Origin: Eledone cirrhosa
Lineage: Eukaryota
Direction: 5' to 3'
Length of the DNA: 64,000 bases
NCBI GenBank assembly: GCA_964016885.1
Contig: OZ024741.1
Coordinates: 234,112,001-234,176,000, forward strand
Below are positions 1-12,680 of this stretch, one piece after another; position 1 is the stretch's first letter; each line of letters begins with the position of its first letter. The position numbers and the translations under genes are program-made. The notes beneath the pieces are model-generated. The model had not been told where the DNA came from. It searched no databases and saw nothing but the letters and a program-made list of their open reading frames with translations.

Positions 1-348
1 ATAAATAAGCACACATTGACTATTATTATAGTTGATTTTTGTTTTGTTGCTTTATCAGAGAGATAAGGACAATGCTCATTACTCTTCATAACCCTTTATT
101 CTATTTTTTTCAGGGCTTCCGTGATTAATAAAGAGGCATGGAGTGAGGAAGATATCTTTAAACCAGAGAGATAGTCTGAATGCTTGCAATAGAGTGGACT
201 CTGCTAACAGTATGTAATCCCTTTAATACCAACCACCCTGAAACCAACTTTTATTTTGTGATACATAACTGTCCATTTTAAAAGTGTTTATACTCAAATC
301 TAAGCCTTCTATAAAAAATTTATGACAGAACCCTTAGTTAAATACTAT

Positions 349-470
349 CCTTTCTAGCATTGGCACAAGGCCAGCAATTTGAAGGAAGAGGAAGTCAACT
401 ATATTGACCCATATTGACCCCACTTTATTTTATTCACCCCAGAAGAATGAAAGCAAAGTTTACTTCAGTG
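349..470 (-). mobile_element. Degenerate 3' part of a tRNA-derived SINE (family with gcctttcatcc...taaaataaagtacc core)
   Basis: Reverse complement resembles the copies at 45927 and 63307 (ggccttgtgcc tail, actttgctttcattc core). Confidence 0.6.
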
Positions 471-1033
471 ATGTATTGAATAACATAACAAAACATTTTT
501 AATTACTTGAAATTTCCCTCTCAGCTGGAGAATTCAATATATAAATAAAACCTTTGTTGACAGATCAGACTCGAGTTTGTCTATGCCTTGCAGACAATTG
601 ATGATTTGAAATAAAAATGGAATTGAAATACAATGGGTGAGAAATGTTCTAAATGTGATGCATTCAGGTGGTTCAAGGAACTACCAGAAAAATCCTTTGT
701 TCAATTTCTGTTAAGGTAATGGACACCACATCCCATTCACCTCATGAGATTAAAGAATTGTTAATTTAAACCACTGATAAGGATGTCAAATTTATAACTA
801 ATGCTTTAGCCTTCACATTCTCAGATATAATATCTGTATTTACTAAATAAATAAATCATAATATATTACTCTCATATTTACATGCCTCTTGATGTGTGTG
901 TGTGTGTGGGGGGGGGGGGCATGGGTGCTGGATTAAGGGGGTGTCCCTGTGTGTTTATTTATGGATAAGTAAGGTGTATCAATGTGTGTGCATATGTGTG
1001 AGATCAAATCCAGGACGTGTATGCATATGTGAA

Positions 1034-1245
1034 GGCATGTGGCTTAATGGATAAGGTGTTCGGCTCCCGATCATAAGGTCATAAGTTCTATTCCTGATGG
1101 CGTGTTGTGTCCTTCAGCAAAACACTTTATTATTTCACGTTGCTCGAGTTCACACAACTGGCCAAAATAAATTACACCTGTAACTCAAAGGGTCAACCTT
1201 GACGCACATTATGTCACACTGAATCTCTCTGAGAACTACGTTATC
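1034..1245 (+). mobile_element. tRNA-derived SINE with CORE-like central segment
   Basis: A-box-like tggcttaatgg, B-box-like agttctattcc, then gtgtccttcagcaaaacacttt. The 3' part is shared with 19920-20030 and, inverted, with 56400-56680. Confidence 0.65.
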
Positions 1246-1784
1246 AAACAACAGCAACAGCATGTGTGTGTTGTTCCTCAGTCCAGAGTGTGGGGTCGTT
1301 GGCAAGAGGGAAGTCCACCATCTATCCTACTGTTTATAACCCAGTCTTTTAGCCTGTAATATAATCTGAAAGGTCTCATGATCTGGAAAAATTAGACACT
1401 ACAGAATATACAACTGTTTGTCTCAGTGTGTGTGTGTATGTGTGTGTGTGTCTTAGAGTGCCTGCGTGTGAGTGTGAATATGCCTTTGTGTTTGTATTTA
1501 TGTCTCTTTGACTGACTGTCTTAGTGTGAATGTGTGTGAGCGCTTGTGTGAGTATCAGTGTCTTGATGGGCACGTGTTTTAGTGTGTATGTGTGTGTTTG
1601 AGTGTAAATGTACCTTAGTGTTTGTAGCTATTTATATGCGTCCGTTTACATGCGTTCCTTTTTTTGTATGTGTATGCATGTTTCTGTATGTATGTGTGTA
1701 AGGTTGCATATGCATATTTCTGTATCAGATTGCATATGAATCTTTTCTCCGTATTTGTGTGTGAGATTCTGTATGTATGTTACC

Positions 1785-1838
<54 letters not shown>

Positions 1839-1995
1839 TTGTGTGTGTGAGATTGTGTATGTGTGTGTGAGATTGTGTATGTATGTTTCCTTTGTGTATG
1901 CATACTTTCACATAGTTCCGTATATATTTGTAATTGTGTATTTTACATGTGTATATGAGTGTTCGTAACTATATAGCATGTGTAGAAAGCTATAT

Positions 1996-2086
<91 letters not shown>

Positions 2087-2087
2087 C

Positions 2088-2155
<68 letters not shown>

Positions 2156-2309
2156 ATGTTTGTATATATATGCATACAAACAAACACACACATACATATT
2201 CACACATACATACATACGTGCATGTATGTATGCATGCAAGTATGCATGTATGTGTGTATATGTATTTATGTATTATGAATTTGTATGCCTGTGTATATGG
2301 ACGTATGCG

Positions 2310-2341
<32 letters not shown>

Positions 2342-2666
2342 TGTATGTATGTATGTATGTATGTATGTATGTACGCATGTTTGCATGCATGTATGTATGT
2401 GCGTATTGTATATCTATGTATATGTATTGGTTGTTGTAGTTTAGCCCCAGGTCACCTCTGATACAGAAGATACTTTCATGAAAGAAAGACGTATTGGAAT
2501 AGCTACCCAGTTTTTTTCTATTTGTATATGCTAAATTATGTAGTCTAAACTTTCAGAAACGTTAGGGGACTGATTTGAGGGAGATTTAGCTGCTATGTCT
2601 AGCTCGTCAAGCATAGGGGGTTCCTTGTTGATTCGCGTGTGTGTGTGTGTATATATATATATATAA

Positions 2667-2772
<106 letters not shown>

Positions 2773-2815
2773 TCCAAATATTAACAAAATAGATATTCTT
2801 GTGATCAATTAATTA

Positions 2816-2882
2816 TATTTTATTATACATATTTCAGAGGTACTGAATTAAGTTCAACAGTACGTCCTCATCAGATATAATA
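2816..2882 (-). ncRNA. Type I minimal hammerhead ribozyme motif
   Basis: Minus strand: tattatat-CTGATGA-helix II (gtactg/cagtac)-GAAA-tatgta-TA-ataaaata; helix III ATATGTAT is self-complementary with G-U pairs; one mismatch in helix I. Confidence 0.7.
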
Positions 2883-2961
2883 AAATGATACATGACATAC
2901 CCTGACATGGTAGATGGTGGTTAAGATTAATCAATGTATCCATTGAATCTTGTTTAACTCT

Positions 2962-3068
<107 letters not shown>

Positions 3069-3124
3069 CAATATATTAATAAATGGAAAGTATATTTATA
3101 AAACTATATTTATAAAACCATAAT

Positions 3125-3190
3125 TATTTTATTATATATATATATATCAAGGGCAACCAAGGCAGCCTTGGTGCGCTTTCATCAGATAAA

Positions 3191-3193
<3 letters not shown>
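3125..3193 (-). ncRNA. Degenerate hammerhead motif (GAAA>GATA, helix III expanded to (TA)n)
   Basis: Minus strand: tattttat-CTGATGA-aagcgcaccaagg ctg ccttggttgccctt-GATA-(TA)n-ataaaata; flank is homologous to 14700-14743. Confidence 0.65.
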
Positions 3194-3236
<43 letters not shown>

Positions 3237-3279
3237 TTCACGTATAATATATGTGTGTGAGTATATATATATATTCACG

Positions 3280-3384
<105 letters not shown>

Positions 3385-3520
3385 TATATTATACGTGAAT
3401 TATTCACGGAAGTGAGAAAAAGTACTCAATACAGAGTTTGAATATTCACACACACACACACACAAAATCGTATATATATATACATATATATGAGTCCCGA
3501 GTTCAATCGCGGGCAACATG

Positions 3521-3613
<93 letters not shown>

Positions 3614-3927
3614 TAAAAACTGTTTCATTCCCATCTATGGGTATGTGTGTGTAATAGTCTATGCCGAACATCTAATCTATGAGTGCGTGTGTGTCTGTAT
3701 ATGCGGCATGTATTGCACTTTTTTGTCTTGTTTCTATGTGTGTGTTGCGAAAGATGTATTATATGCGTGTTACCTTTATGCGTATGCGAACATTTGAATA
3801 CGCACACTCACGTATGTGTAGGTGTATGAGTGTTAATGTATGTGTGCGTATATATATGTGTGTGTGTGTGTGTTTGAACGTTGTGTGGATATATGTAGAT
3901 ATGTATATGTATATATATGTATATATG

Positions 3928-4094
<167 letters not shown>

Positions 4095-4426
4095 TGTTTG
4101 ACTGTTTGTATGTGTGAATATATATATACATTATATATAGACTATATATTTACTGTTTCTGCTTGAGTAAGCGAATAGAAGCTGTATAAAATCTGTGTAA
4201 GTATATATATATATATATATATTGAAGTATATATATGTGCATGCAATATACATGAAAGTATGTGTGTATGGTGATATACATAATGGGTAATTGTCAAGCT
4301 ATTACAGACTTCCGTAATGTTAGGAGGGTGGGAAAAGAAATCGTGGAAAGGGGGGGTTGAAAGATGTCTTCATACTTGTGTACACACACACATATATATA
4401 TATGTTTGCATGATATATATATATAT

Positions 4427-4658
4427 CAGGGGCGGTGGAAGCATTTCTGAATTGGGGGTGCCAAATTTGGACAATTTGGTTGTTGTGATTAGTTTAGCTC
4501 TTTACACTCTAAAATGGTCAGAGAACTTCGATATTTGATAAACATACCATGTACATAAATTGTAAGCACATATCCTAATAGATGTGTGTTTTGGTAGTTT
4601 GGGGGGAAAATACAATTATTGGGGGAGACATGCTCCCACCCCGGTTCCATCGCCACTG
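4427..4658. mobile_element. MITE with ~14-bp imperfect terminal inverted repeats (hAT-like CAG ends)
   Basis: caggggcggtggaa ... ttccatcgccactg; a partial related copy lies at ~11052-11140. Confidence 0.6.
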
Positions 4659-4740
4659 TACATATATAATTAAAAACATTATGCTCTGTGCCCTTCGCAT
4701 TTGGTAAGAAACTGGTATTATACCCAATTGATTCGTTTCC

Positions 4741-4801
<61 letters not shown>

Positions 4802-4894
4802 GGTAATTCCAAAGGAAAAGCAAAGGAAAAAAGAGTGCTCTATGTATAGAACAGAGCTATTTAATTAGAAAGTGAACAACACGAAATATAACTA

Positions 4895-4962
4895 CTCCAT
4901 TACCAAAGGTTTCTGGATCACAGACGATAATAATATACGTCTGGATCGTTCGTCAGACAGAG
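4895..4962 (-). ncRNA. Type I hammerhead ribozyme motif, intact core
   Basis: Minus strand: ctctgt-CTGACGA-helix II (gatc.cagacg/cgtctg.gatc)-GAAA-cctttgg-TA-atggag; GUA cleavage triplet. Confidence 0.75.
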
Positions 4963-4994
4963 ATGTTATAGATAAAAGATATATGTATATTTAC

Positions 4995-5217
4995 ATTCAT
5001 TTATTATGGTTATTGGTGAGCTTTGTTACTCTAAAGTTTCACCTGCGCACTCACAGGATCACCAGTCTTGTTTGATGATCGTATGAGTGCGCAGGTGAGA
5101 CTCCAGAGTAACAAGGCTTAGCCATAATAAATGAATATTTAAACTCTACTTCGGTATTGAGTTTTCATTCTTACGTCTTCCAATCCCCTCTCTATATCAA
5201 TTACCACTTGATATAGA
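4995..5217 (+). mobile_element. Fold-back Penelope-like fragment with degenerate hammerhead (5064-5118) and 3' tail
   Basis: Imperfect inverted repeat 4995-5061 / ~5075-5136; agtcttgt-TTGATGA...GAGA-ctccagag-TA-acaaggct; tail cggtattgagtttt is related to 19620-19650. Confidence 0.65.
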
Positions 5218-5408
5218 CGTGAATTACTTCGCTCCGGATTTTTACGGATTATTGTCAAAAAAACTGTGAGTTCATTGCTCAATTTAATAGCATTGTTTAG
5301 TTTAACCCCTTGCCTGGGCCGTCAGACGTTGAGTCAACTAATTTTCGCCCCTTTCTGGGGCGAAATTTTCATTTTCCTCTCAAAACTGTGTAGACTTGGT
5401 AGTCAGCA

Positions 5409-7223
5409 ATGGATGCCATTTCCACCTCGCACACTGTCGTGAGTGCCACGCCCACTAAGAAAAGTGGTGGAGGGAAGGTAGGAGTACAAAGCTTGCAGCC
5501 TTCCCCGCTCGCATTATCGAAAAACGTTGAAAATATTGAAACCACGAAACCAAACCCGGTAAATAATACCACCACCAACAACAAGAACAATGACAATAAC
5601 ACCACAACCAACAACTGCAACAATAGCAACACCAAGGAAAACATGAACAATATTACCAACAGTGACAACAACAGCAGCAACAAAAAAGACAACAACACCA
5701 AAACAACATTCGCACAGACTGTAAAAAAAAACGAACTATACACGCCAATAGACATAACAAATGCTAAACAACTATTACAAGACGCAAAACAATTCGTGAC
5801 TTTTGGCGAAAACGGTGCTTTTAGCATCAATTCTCCACAGGAATTACGTAGAGAGGCTGTCCTGAAAACTGTGGTTTTCAGGACAATATCGAACGAAACA
5901 AGAAAACCAGCTCAATTATCACAAAATGAAATTGAAATGGTTCTAAAAGATGCAATGAAGGACATAACCTTCATACAAAAAGGTAAACTGTTTGGTAGCA
6001 TTTCGGTGCTAATGAACAACCAGTCAACAGCACAAAAGTACTCGGTATCACCCATTGTGTCCCCCCGCTTCACCTTTTTCCCACATACAGGGGAAAAAGG
6101 ACACAAAGAATAAAAATAATGAGTATCACACCAAATGTAAATATTTGGTGGATACTATGTGGAATCATTGACTTTGATGAAGACAAGATAATTTCAATAG
6201 GAAAGTCCTCCAGAGGTGTATTTGGTGGGACCAGCGTAGAAGTTCTGGTGCAAATGAGCCCAGAACCAATAGCGAATATCCCACAACGCGTGCCTCTAGA
6301 CGGGGCTAACTTATATAAACATTTCAGTGGAGGGAAAGCGGCCGTCATGTTACCACTGCTTAAGCAGGGGTCACCTGAGGGCTGCCTGTCCTCAATTAAC
6401 GAGTCAAAAAAAAAAGGCTCTTCTGCCAACCCCGAACACAACAACACAACCACCACCACCACCACCACAACAACAACAACAACAACAACCACAACAACAC
6501 GGAAAAATAACAACACAAAACACTGTTCCACCCAACCCCTCCCCACCTAAAACAAATACAAAAGCAACCACAACAAAACCCAAAAATATACCCCTCCCCA
6601 ACAACACGGAAGAGGACTCCGTATCAACGTCACCCAGTGACGACGAGGGAGAACCCTTTCAACAGGTGAAAAGGAAAAAAAAAAGGCACCACATTAACAA
6701 AAATGCTACAAACACAACCACCAGCACAAACAGAACAAATATCACAAACAAAAAACCCTCCCCTCCCCAAAACATAACACGTACTACAAAACGCAAACAC
6801 GCACAAGAACAACAAACAAAAACAAACACAACACAACAAAAACTCTATACATACATTAACAAGAACAGTAAAACGTTGAAGAAAGCAATAGAAAATAACC
6901 CTTCGGTGGAAACCGAAGGGATCACTTTCACCTACGCAGCGAACAAACCGCACCTAATGATGATTAGGGTCCCAACGGAAACCTATATAACTTTGAAAAA
7001 GAACCATCTAATGCATGTGGGGACCAACTGCACCTAACCACATAACAGCGTCCTATTGAGATGTTTCCCCACCCCCACACCAGACACCCACACCCCACCA
7101 AACACCCTAATCCCACCACACACTGATGTCCTCACCCCACCACAAACCACCACCCCACCAAACAACCCTTCCAACACCCCCATGGAAATTGTGCAGCCTG
7201 GTCCCCAGGAGACGAAGAGGTAA
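5409..7223 (+). pseudogene. LINE ORF1 (gag-like nucleic-acid-binding protein), disrupted
   Basis: Three track ORFs (5409-6113, 6119-6550, 6327-7037) join by frameshifts near ~6080 and ~6325; CYHCLSRGHLRAAC knuckle; TAA at 7035-7037 is followed by an open in-frame stretch to TAA 7221-7223. Confidence 0.8.
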
Positions 7224-7265
7224 GTAATTTCCTTTCCTCTTCCTTTTTACCTCTTCAGCACCAAC

Positions 7266-10200
7266 ATGGCCAATATAAGAGTTGGATGTGTGAATGCACG
7301 CGGCTTGGGGATGTCCTCGAAACAGGGCAAACTCTTAAATGACCTCAGGTCGCACAGAGTGGATGTAATGGTTATTTGCGAGTCCAGGATCAGCAGCGAG
7401 CGCCAACTGGCCCCCATCTTCGACGACTTTGAGATCTACGCATCTCTCTGTCAGCCGAGGGGTGGGGGTGGGGTTGTCGTTCTGCTGCGAAAATACCTGG
7501 GTCTTGCCACACAGAAGGTACACCTGGACCCGGAGGGTCGACTGGTGGTTTTAGACGTCGGCAGTGGTGAAGGAGGAGCTTTCAGGCTGGTGGCAGCGTA
7601 TGCCCCATCGGGGACACCGCGACCGGACTTCTTCCGACGCCTGGAGAATTTCCTGGGAACGTCTCGCTCCTTGCTTTTTGTGGGGGACTGGAATGGTATC
7701 CTGGATTCACGTTGGGACTATGTAGAGGCATGTCCCGATAGAGGTGGGTGTAACAGCCTCAAACGATTAATCGGCCGATTTGATCTGGCCGATAGATATC
7801 GACTGGATTTTCCGACTGTGCCACGGTGGACGTGGAGTAATCGCAGCGGAACATCCAGGTCGTACCTAGATAGGTTCCTAGTTAGAAATAAGGATAGGGA
7901 CATATTAAGCTGTTCACGAATGTTCATGGTTGACTATTCGGATCACAAGTTGTTGACCGGAGTAGTCAACCTTGATAGAACTCATAGACAGGGACCCGGT
8001 TACTGGAAGCTAAACTTGTCTTTACCGACAAACAAAGCTTACAGTAAGCGGATTAGCACACTAGTTAAGCAGCGTTTGACGGGGGAAATTGTCAACAACA
8101 GGTGGTGGGGCTCTCTCAAGAGAGAAATTAGAATAGGATCGATAGGTTTTAGTCGGGAATTAGCATCAGATAGGAATAGAACTGAAAGGGAATTAACAAA
8201 TAGAGTAGAAGAGGCGATTAGGAGTGGCAACGTGGCCGGCGTGCTGGCGTCAAGAACGGCCCTAGACCAGTTCTTTGATGCGAAGCACGAGGGCTGCGTT
8301 GTCAGGAGTAAAATATGTGCTCTGGGTAACGAGGGAGCCAAAGCTGTTAGCTGGGCCCGAGTGACAGAGGCAAAAAGTGGAAACAAGTCCACGATTCGGT
8401 CTTTGAAGGACCAGGATGGACGCGTGATCCTTGAACCTGAGCGGATGAGCGCGGCCTTTCAACGGCGCTTTGCACGACTGTTCGGGAGGGGCGGCGGGCC
8501 GGGTGGGGCCATGGATTTCGGTCCATACCTCGACGGTCTGGCGCGGCTCTCGGACGGGGCGGCGAAGTCCTGCGAGAGGCCGATTTCAGTCGCTGAAATA
8601 GGGGAAGCGCTGAGCCAATGCGGCAAACGCAAATCTCCGGGTCTCGATGGTCTACCATACCAACTTTATGTAGCGATGTCGGGCTTGTTCTCCGGTCTCC
8701 TCGAGGCGGTCTACTGCAACTGGCAACAGAACGGGAGAATTCCCAGTTCTGTGACCAAGGGCGTAGTCACGCTGGTGAGGAAGGACGAGAACAAGGGGGA
8801 TGACATAGATAACTTCAGGCCCATAACTCTGCTAGACACAGAGTTAAAGATTTGGGCCAAGGTGTTAGCGAAGAGGTTGGCGCTTGTCGTCGGGAACCTG
8901 GTGGGAGAAGCGCAGACATGCGCAATCCCGTCCAGGTCCATACACGACAACCTCCACCTCATGCGATACATCGTAGAGAGGGTAGGGAACGAACCCGGCT
9001 TTGGTGGGGCCCTGATCAACTTGGATCAATCTAAAGCGTTCGATATGGTTGACCATCGGTACCTGGATGCGGTGCTCGCGGCGGCAGGCTTCGGACCCGT
9101 TTTCAGGGGCTGGATTGCTGCAATGCACAGCAGCAACACCTGCTCGAGGGTCAAGGTGAACGGCTACCTCTCGGAGCCGTTCCAAATCACGCGATCCATT
9201 CGACAGGGATGCCCTCTCTCCTCCCTCCTGTATGTGCTGGCTCTCGAGCCACTACTGCGGAAGCTGGAGCTGTTGCAGGGCATCCCCTTGGAACCGGGAT
9301 TGCGGAAAGCGGTGTCGGCCTACGCCGATGACGTGACAGTAATGGTGTCGTGCGCCTCGGAAATCGGGCAGATCGGCACCTTACTGGAGGAATATGAAAG
9401 GTTCACAGGAGCCAAGCTGAACCGGGACAAATCCGTCGGTTTGCAACTCGGGACGTGGAGGGGCAAAACGATGCCCTCCGACGGCATTGTCGGACGCTGG
9501 ACGGAGGGACCGGTGAAGCTGCTCGGGGTCTGGTTCGGACCGGACCTCCAGGTGGAGAAAAACTGGGACGAGGTAACGGGCAAGGTGTTTGCACTCGCCC
9601 AGAAGTGGGCCGAGTGCAAACTATCCCTGAAAGATCGAGCGGAGGTGGCGAACGCTTATATAGCGTCCGTCATCTACTACCGCTTGACCGTCGTGCCTTG
9701 CCCAGAGAAAACACTCGCCAAAATGGAGCGCGCGCTCTTCCGATTTCTTTGGAAGAAGCGGGCTCCTTTGGTGAGAAGATCCATCTGCTGTCAACACCCT
9801 TCGAACGGAGGGCTGGGGATGCCGTGGCTGACGATGCGTAGACACGCATTAAGGCTACGGCACCTCCAGGTATTCCTCACCGGTCAGCCGGTGTGGGCCC
9901 TGTTTGTGAGGCGAGCCTTTCCGAGACTCGTCTCATTCACCGAGCTGCAATCCTGGGTCAAGCAAAGACCGAGAAAAGTGGGCGACTGGCACATTAAATG
10001 TGCCCAGGCGCTCACGGCCCTCTGGCAAGCGGATCCGGCAATCAGTGGAGACTCAACCTCAACATTCTATAGAGGGTTGGTGCGCAGTAAGTGCGACGAC
10101 GCTCTCGGAGAGGCTCTGGGCATGGAGGAAGACGATCTGGCCAGTCTGTTCGGTAGGACGTTTGGCCCGGGACCGATGGACAACTTCCAAAAGTCCCTGG

Positions 10201-10702
10201 CTTGGCAATGTTACCGAGGAGCTCTACCCGTTCGGGACAAGCTCTACAGACACGGGCGCCCGGGTAGGGACCCCTCGAAGAAGATCTGTCCAAGATGTGT
10301 GCGTGACGAGGAAACCGTCGCACACGCATTCGTACACTGCCCGGGCGTTGCTGACCTGTGGGGCTATGTAGAACGACTACTGTCGCGGGTGGGACCAATC
10401 CGGTTGACCACCGAGAACATTGTCACAATCAAACCGCCTCCCCTTTCAAAAACGAAGGAGAGGCGGTTTTCCTCTGTGTGATAGCCATGGCGAAAGAAGT
10501 TGTATGGTGGACAAGGTTGAAAGGGCTGAGGTCAGACACCTATCTCTCCAGCCAACAACTGGTCTTTTTTTTCAAGTACAACTTTAGAAGAAGGATCAGA
10601 ATGGAGAGAGAGGTGCTCTACCCCAGCAAGTTTTATGAAAGATGGGTGAAAGTAGCGAGAATGGCCCGAGTGAATGGGCCTTCTCTCTATATCAGCCTGT
10701 AG
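7266..10702 (+). CDS. LINE ORF2: APE endonuclease + reverse transcriptase + C-terminal zinc-binding domain (frameshift near 10440)
   Basis: APE motifs NARGL, GDWN, YLDRF, SDH; RT motifs KSPGLDG, FRPITL, DQSKAFD, RQGCPLS, AYADD; CPRC..ETVAHAFVHC. The C-terminus continues in the 10358-10702 frame. Confidence 0.93.
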
Positions 10703-11138
10703 GTGAGAGAGGAGAAGAATGAGAAGAGGAAGGAAGCACCCGCTCTTTGTGCTCCTGAAGAGAAGGGTTGCACATTTTTTCGGGGGTGTGTGCGACCCAT
10801 GTCAACGCCCCTCCCTATTGAGGACATCGATTGTTAAATTTAATTTGTTATATGTTTTTACACGTCCTTTTAAATGTATGTAAACTCCCCCCTTTGTATT
10901 TGTCCCAATCTTTGATGCCCTGGTGGCAAATAAATAGAAATATATATCTAATGTACAACACACTCTCCCAAACTTCCTCTCTATATCAATTACCACCAAA
11001 TTCTCTCCCTCCCTCGATCTCTATCTATCTCTCATATCTGTCTCTACATAACATGTACATAAATTGTAACGCATGTTTTGGTAGTTTCAGGAGAAAAATA
11101 TAATTATTGTGGTGGGGTGGGGCACCATCCACCGCTCA

Positions 11139-11179
<41 letters not shown>

Positions 11180-11905
11180 CAATATGTAGATATGAAAAAC
11201 ACTATTCGATGGCCGTTCTTCCGCCCTTTAACGGGAGTTGTTTTTCATGCATCTTTTCGCCTACTCCCGCCGAGGTTAGGCTTGTTTTTCTTCGCTCTCC
11301 CTATCTCGCTGTCAATAGAACCTCGGACTTATGTTCAGCAGTTGGTTTGACTTTTCTCTTTCTCTCCCGATTACTTATATGTGCTTCTCCTCGTGTTCAT
11401 CCCTTTTTCGGTATGTTTTCTGCGTTTTTTTTTTTTCCTTTTTTCCCTTCTGTTTGATTTTTTTCTCTCTCCTTTTTGCCTTCCATAATAACTTTCACAA
11501 GTTATTGACGCACTGAAGTTGGACATATTGTCTTTAATGCGTTGAAATGTCCGTGATCTCCGGAAGACAACCGAAGAAGGGACTGTCCCTTGTTTGTGCT
11601 TTCCTTTTATTTCTAAATACACTTTATCAAGTAACCACACAGCCCCTTGTTTCTTCTAAATTTATATATACTGTATATAACTAACAAATAGTTATCGCTC
11701 TACATGACTGAATACAATAAATGTAATCTGAGTTTTTCGAATATTAATAATAATATTCGATTCGTTTGTAATTATGCAAACAGCCTCTGTATATTTCAGA
11801 AAATAGCATATATTTTCACAAGTTCTGACAGTTGGCAGGTGAGCAGTAAACTGAACTGCTGAAGGGTAATCACCCAGTAACATTAGTGTCTGCAGTTCTG
11901 TTTAC

Positions 11906-11941
11906 TTGAGGAACTGGAATCATATGATTCCAGTTCCTCAA
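11906..11941. repeat. Perfect 36-bp palindrome
   Basis: ttgaggaactggaatcat|atgattccagttcctcaa. Confidence 0.9.
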
Positions 11942-12035
11942 TGAAATAACAACCCAACCAGGAACTGGGCATATCAGAGTATTGACAATATACACCTCAA
12001 CAACATATGTACTTGTCTATACCACACTAATTCGG

Positions 12036-12090
12036 ACTGCTTGAAGAGGTCACAGCCAAAGATGGCTGTCACTGAAATATATATAGCAGT
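12036..12090 (+). ncRNA. Type I minimal hammerhead motif (U3 core variant)
   Basis: actgc-TTGAAGA-ggtcacagcca aaga tggctgtcact-GAAA-tatata-TA-gcagt; helices I-III all pair. Confidence 0.75.
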
Positions 12091-12133
12091 AATAAACGAA
12101 GCTAAATTTTAAACATTTGACTTTTTATTTAAC

Positions 12134-12218
<85 letters not shown>

Positions 12219-12275
12219 GAGGTTTTTTTTCCAAAATGAAAAAAAAACGAGATGTCCTACACGAGTGAAAGTATA

Positions 12276-12548
12276 AGGAAAAAAGATGAAATTGAAAATG
12301 CAACTGGACTCCTTTTAAGAATATTTTAATATTTATTTGGTTCCTTTACCGGTTTCGCAGTTCTTATGCTTTTCAAAAGTAGAATTGAGATGGAGGGTTT
12401 GTGATTTTTCTCGCATCTGTGCGAGAAAAACCACAAACCCTCCATCCCAATTCTACTTTTGAAAAGCATAAGAACTGCGAAACCGGTAAAGGAACCAAAT
12501 AAATATTCTTAAAAGGACTCCAGTTGCATTTTCGATTTCATCTTTTTT

Positions 12549-12551
<3 letters not shown>
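12276..12551. mobile_element. ~275-bp fold-back palindrome with a hammerhead-like motif in each arm
   Basis: Arms pair around the loop at ~12416-12419; right arm TTGAAAA-gca taagaac tgc-GAAA-ccgg-TA-aag (12459-12492); lies between (TA)n and (CA)n. Confidence 0.75.
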
Positions 12552-12603
<52 letters not shown>

Positions 12604-12680
12604 ACTTAAATAGATTTTATTCACTGTTCTACAATAAAGTTATAATAATACAATGCTTACAGAACGAAAGCACAAGCAAA

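Larger units (their letters stand above)
5300..10945 (+). mobile_element. L1/Tx1-clade non-LTR retrotransposon, near full length
   Basis: ORF1 with a CX2CX4HX4C knuckle; ORF2 with APE, RT and C-terminal Cys/His motif; 3' UTR ends aataaatagaaa into a short (TA)n. The 5' boundary is approximate. Confidence 0.92.

Noticed and set aside
1034-1110. Functional tRNA genes at SINE heads
   Set aside because: A/B boxes are present but there is no complete cloverleaf, and they continue into SINE bodies.
7335-10398. Antisense and alternate-frame ORFs inside LINE ORF2 (likewise inside the ZNF CDS)
   Set aside because: Shadow frames of coding sequence with no recognisable motifs.
11525-11595. ttgtctt/aagacaa stem with CCGAAGA, as a possible ribozyme or LINE start
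   Set aside because: No properly placed GAAA/UH and no ORF; left unassigned.
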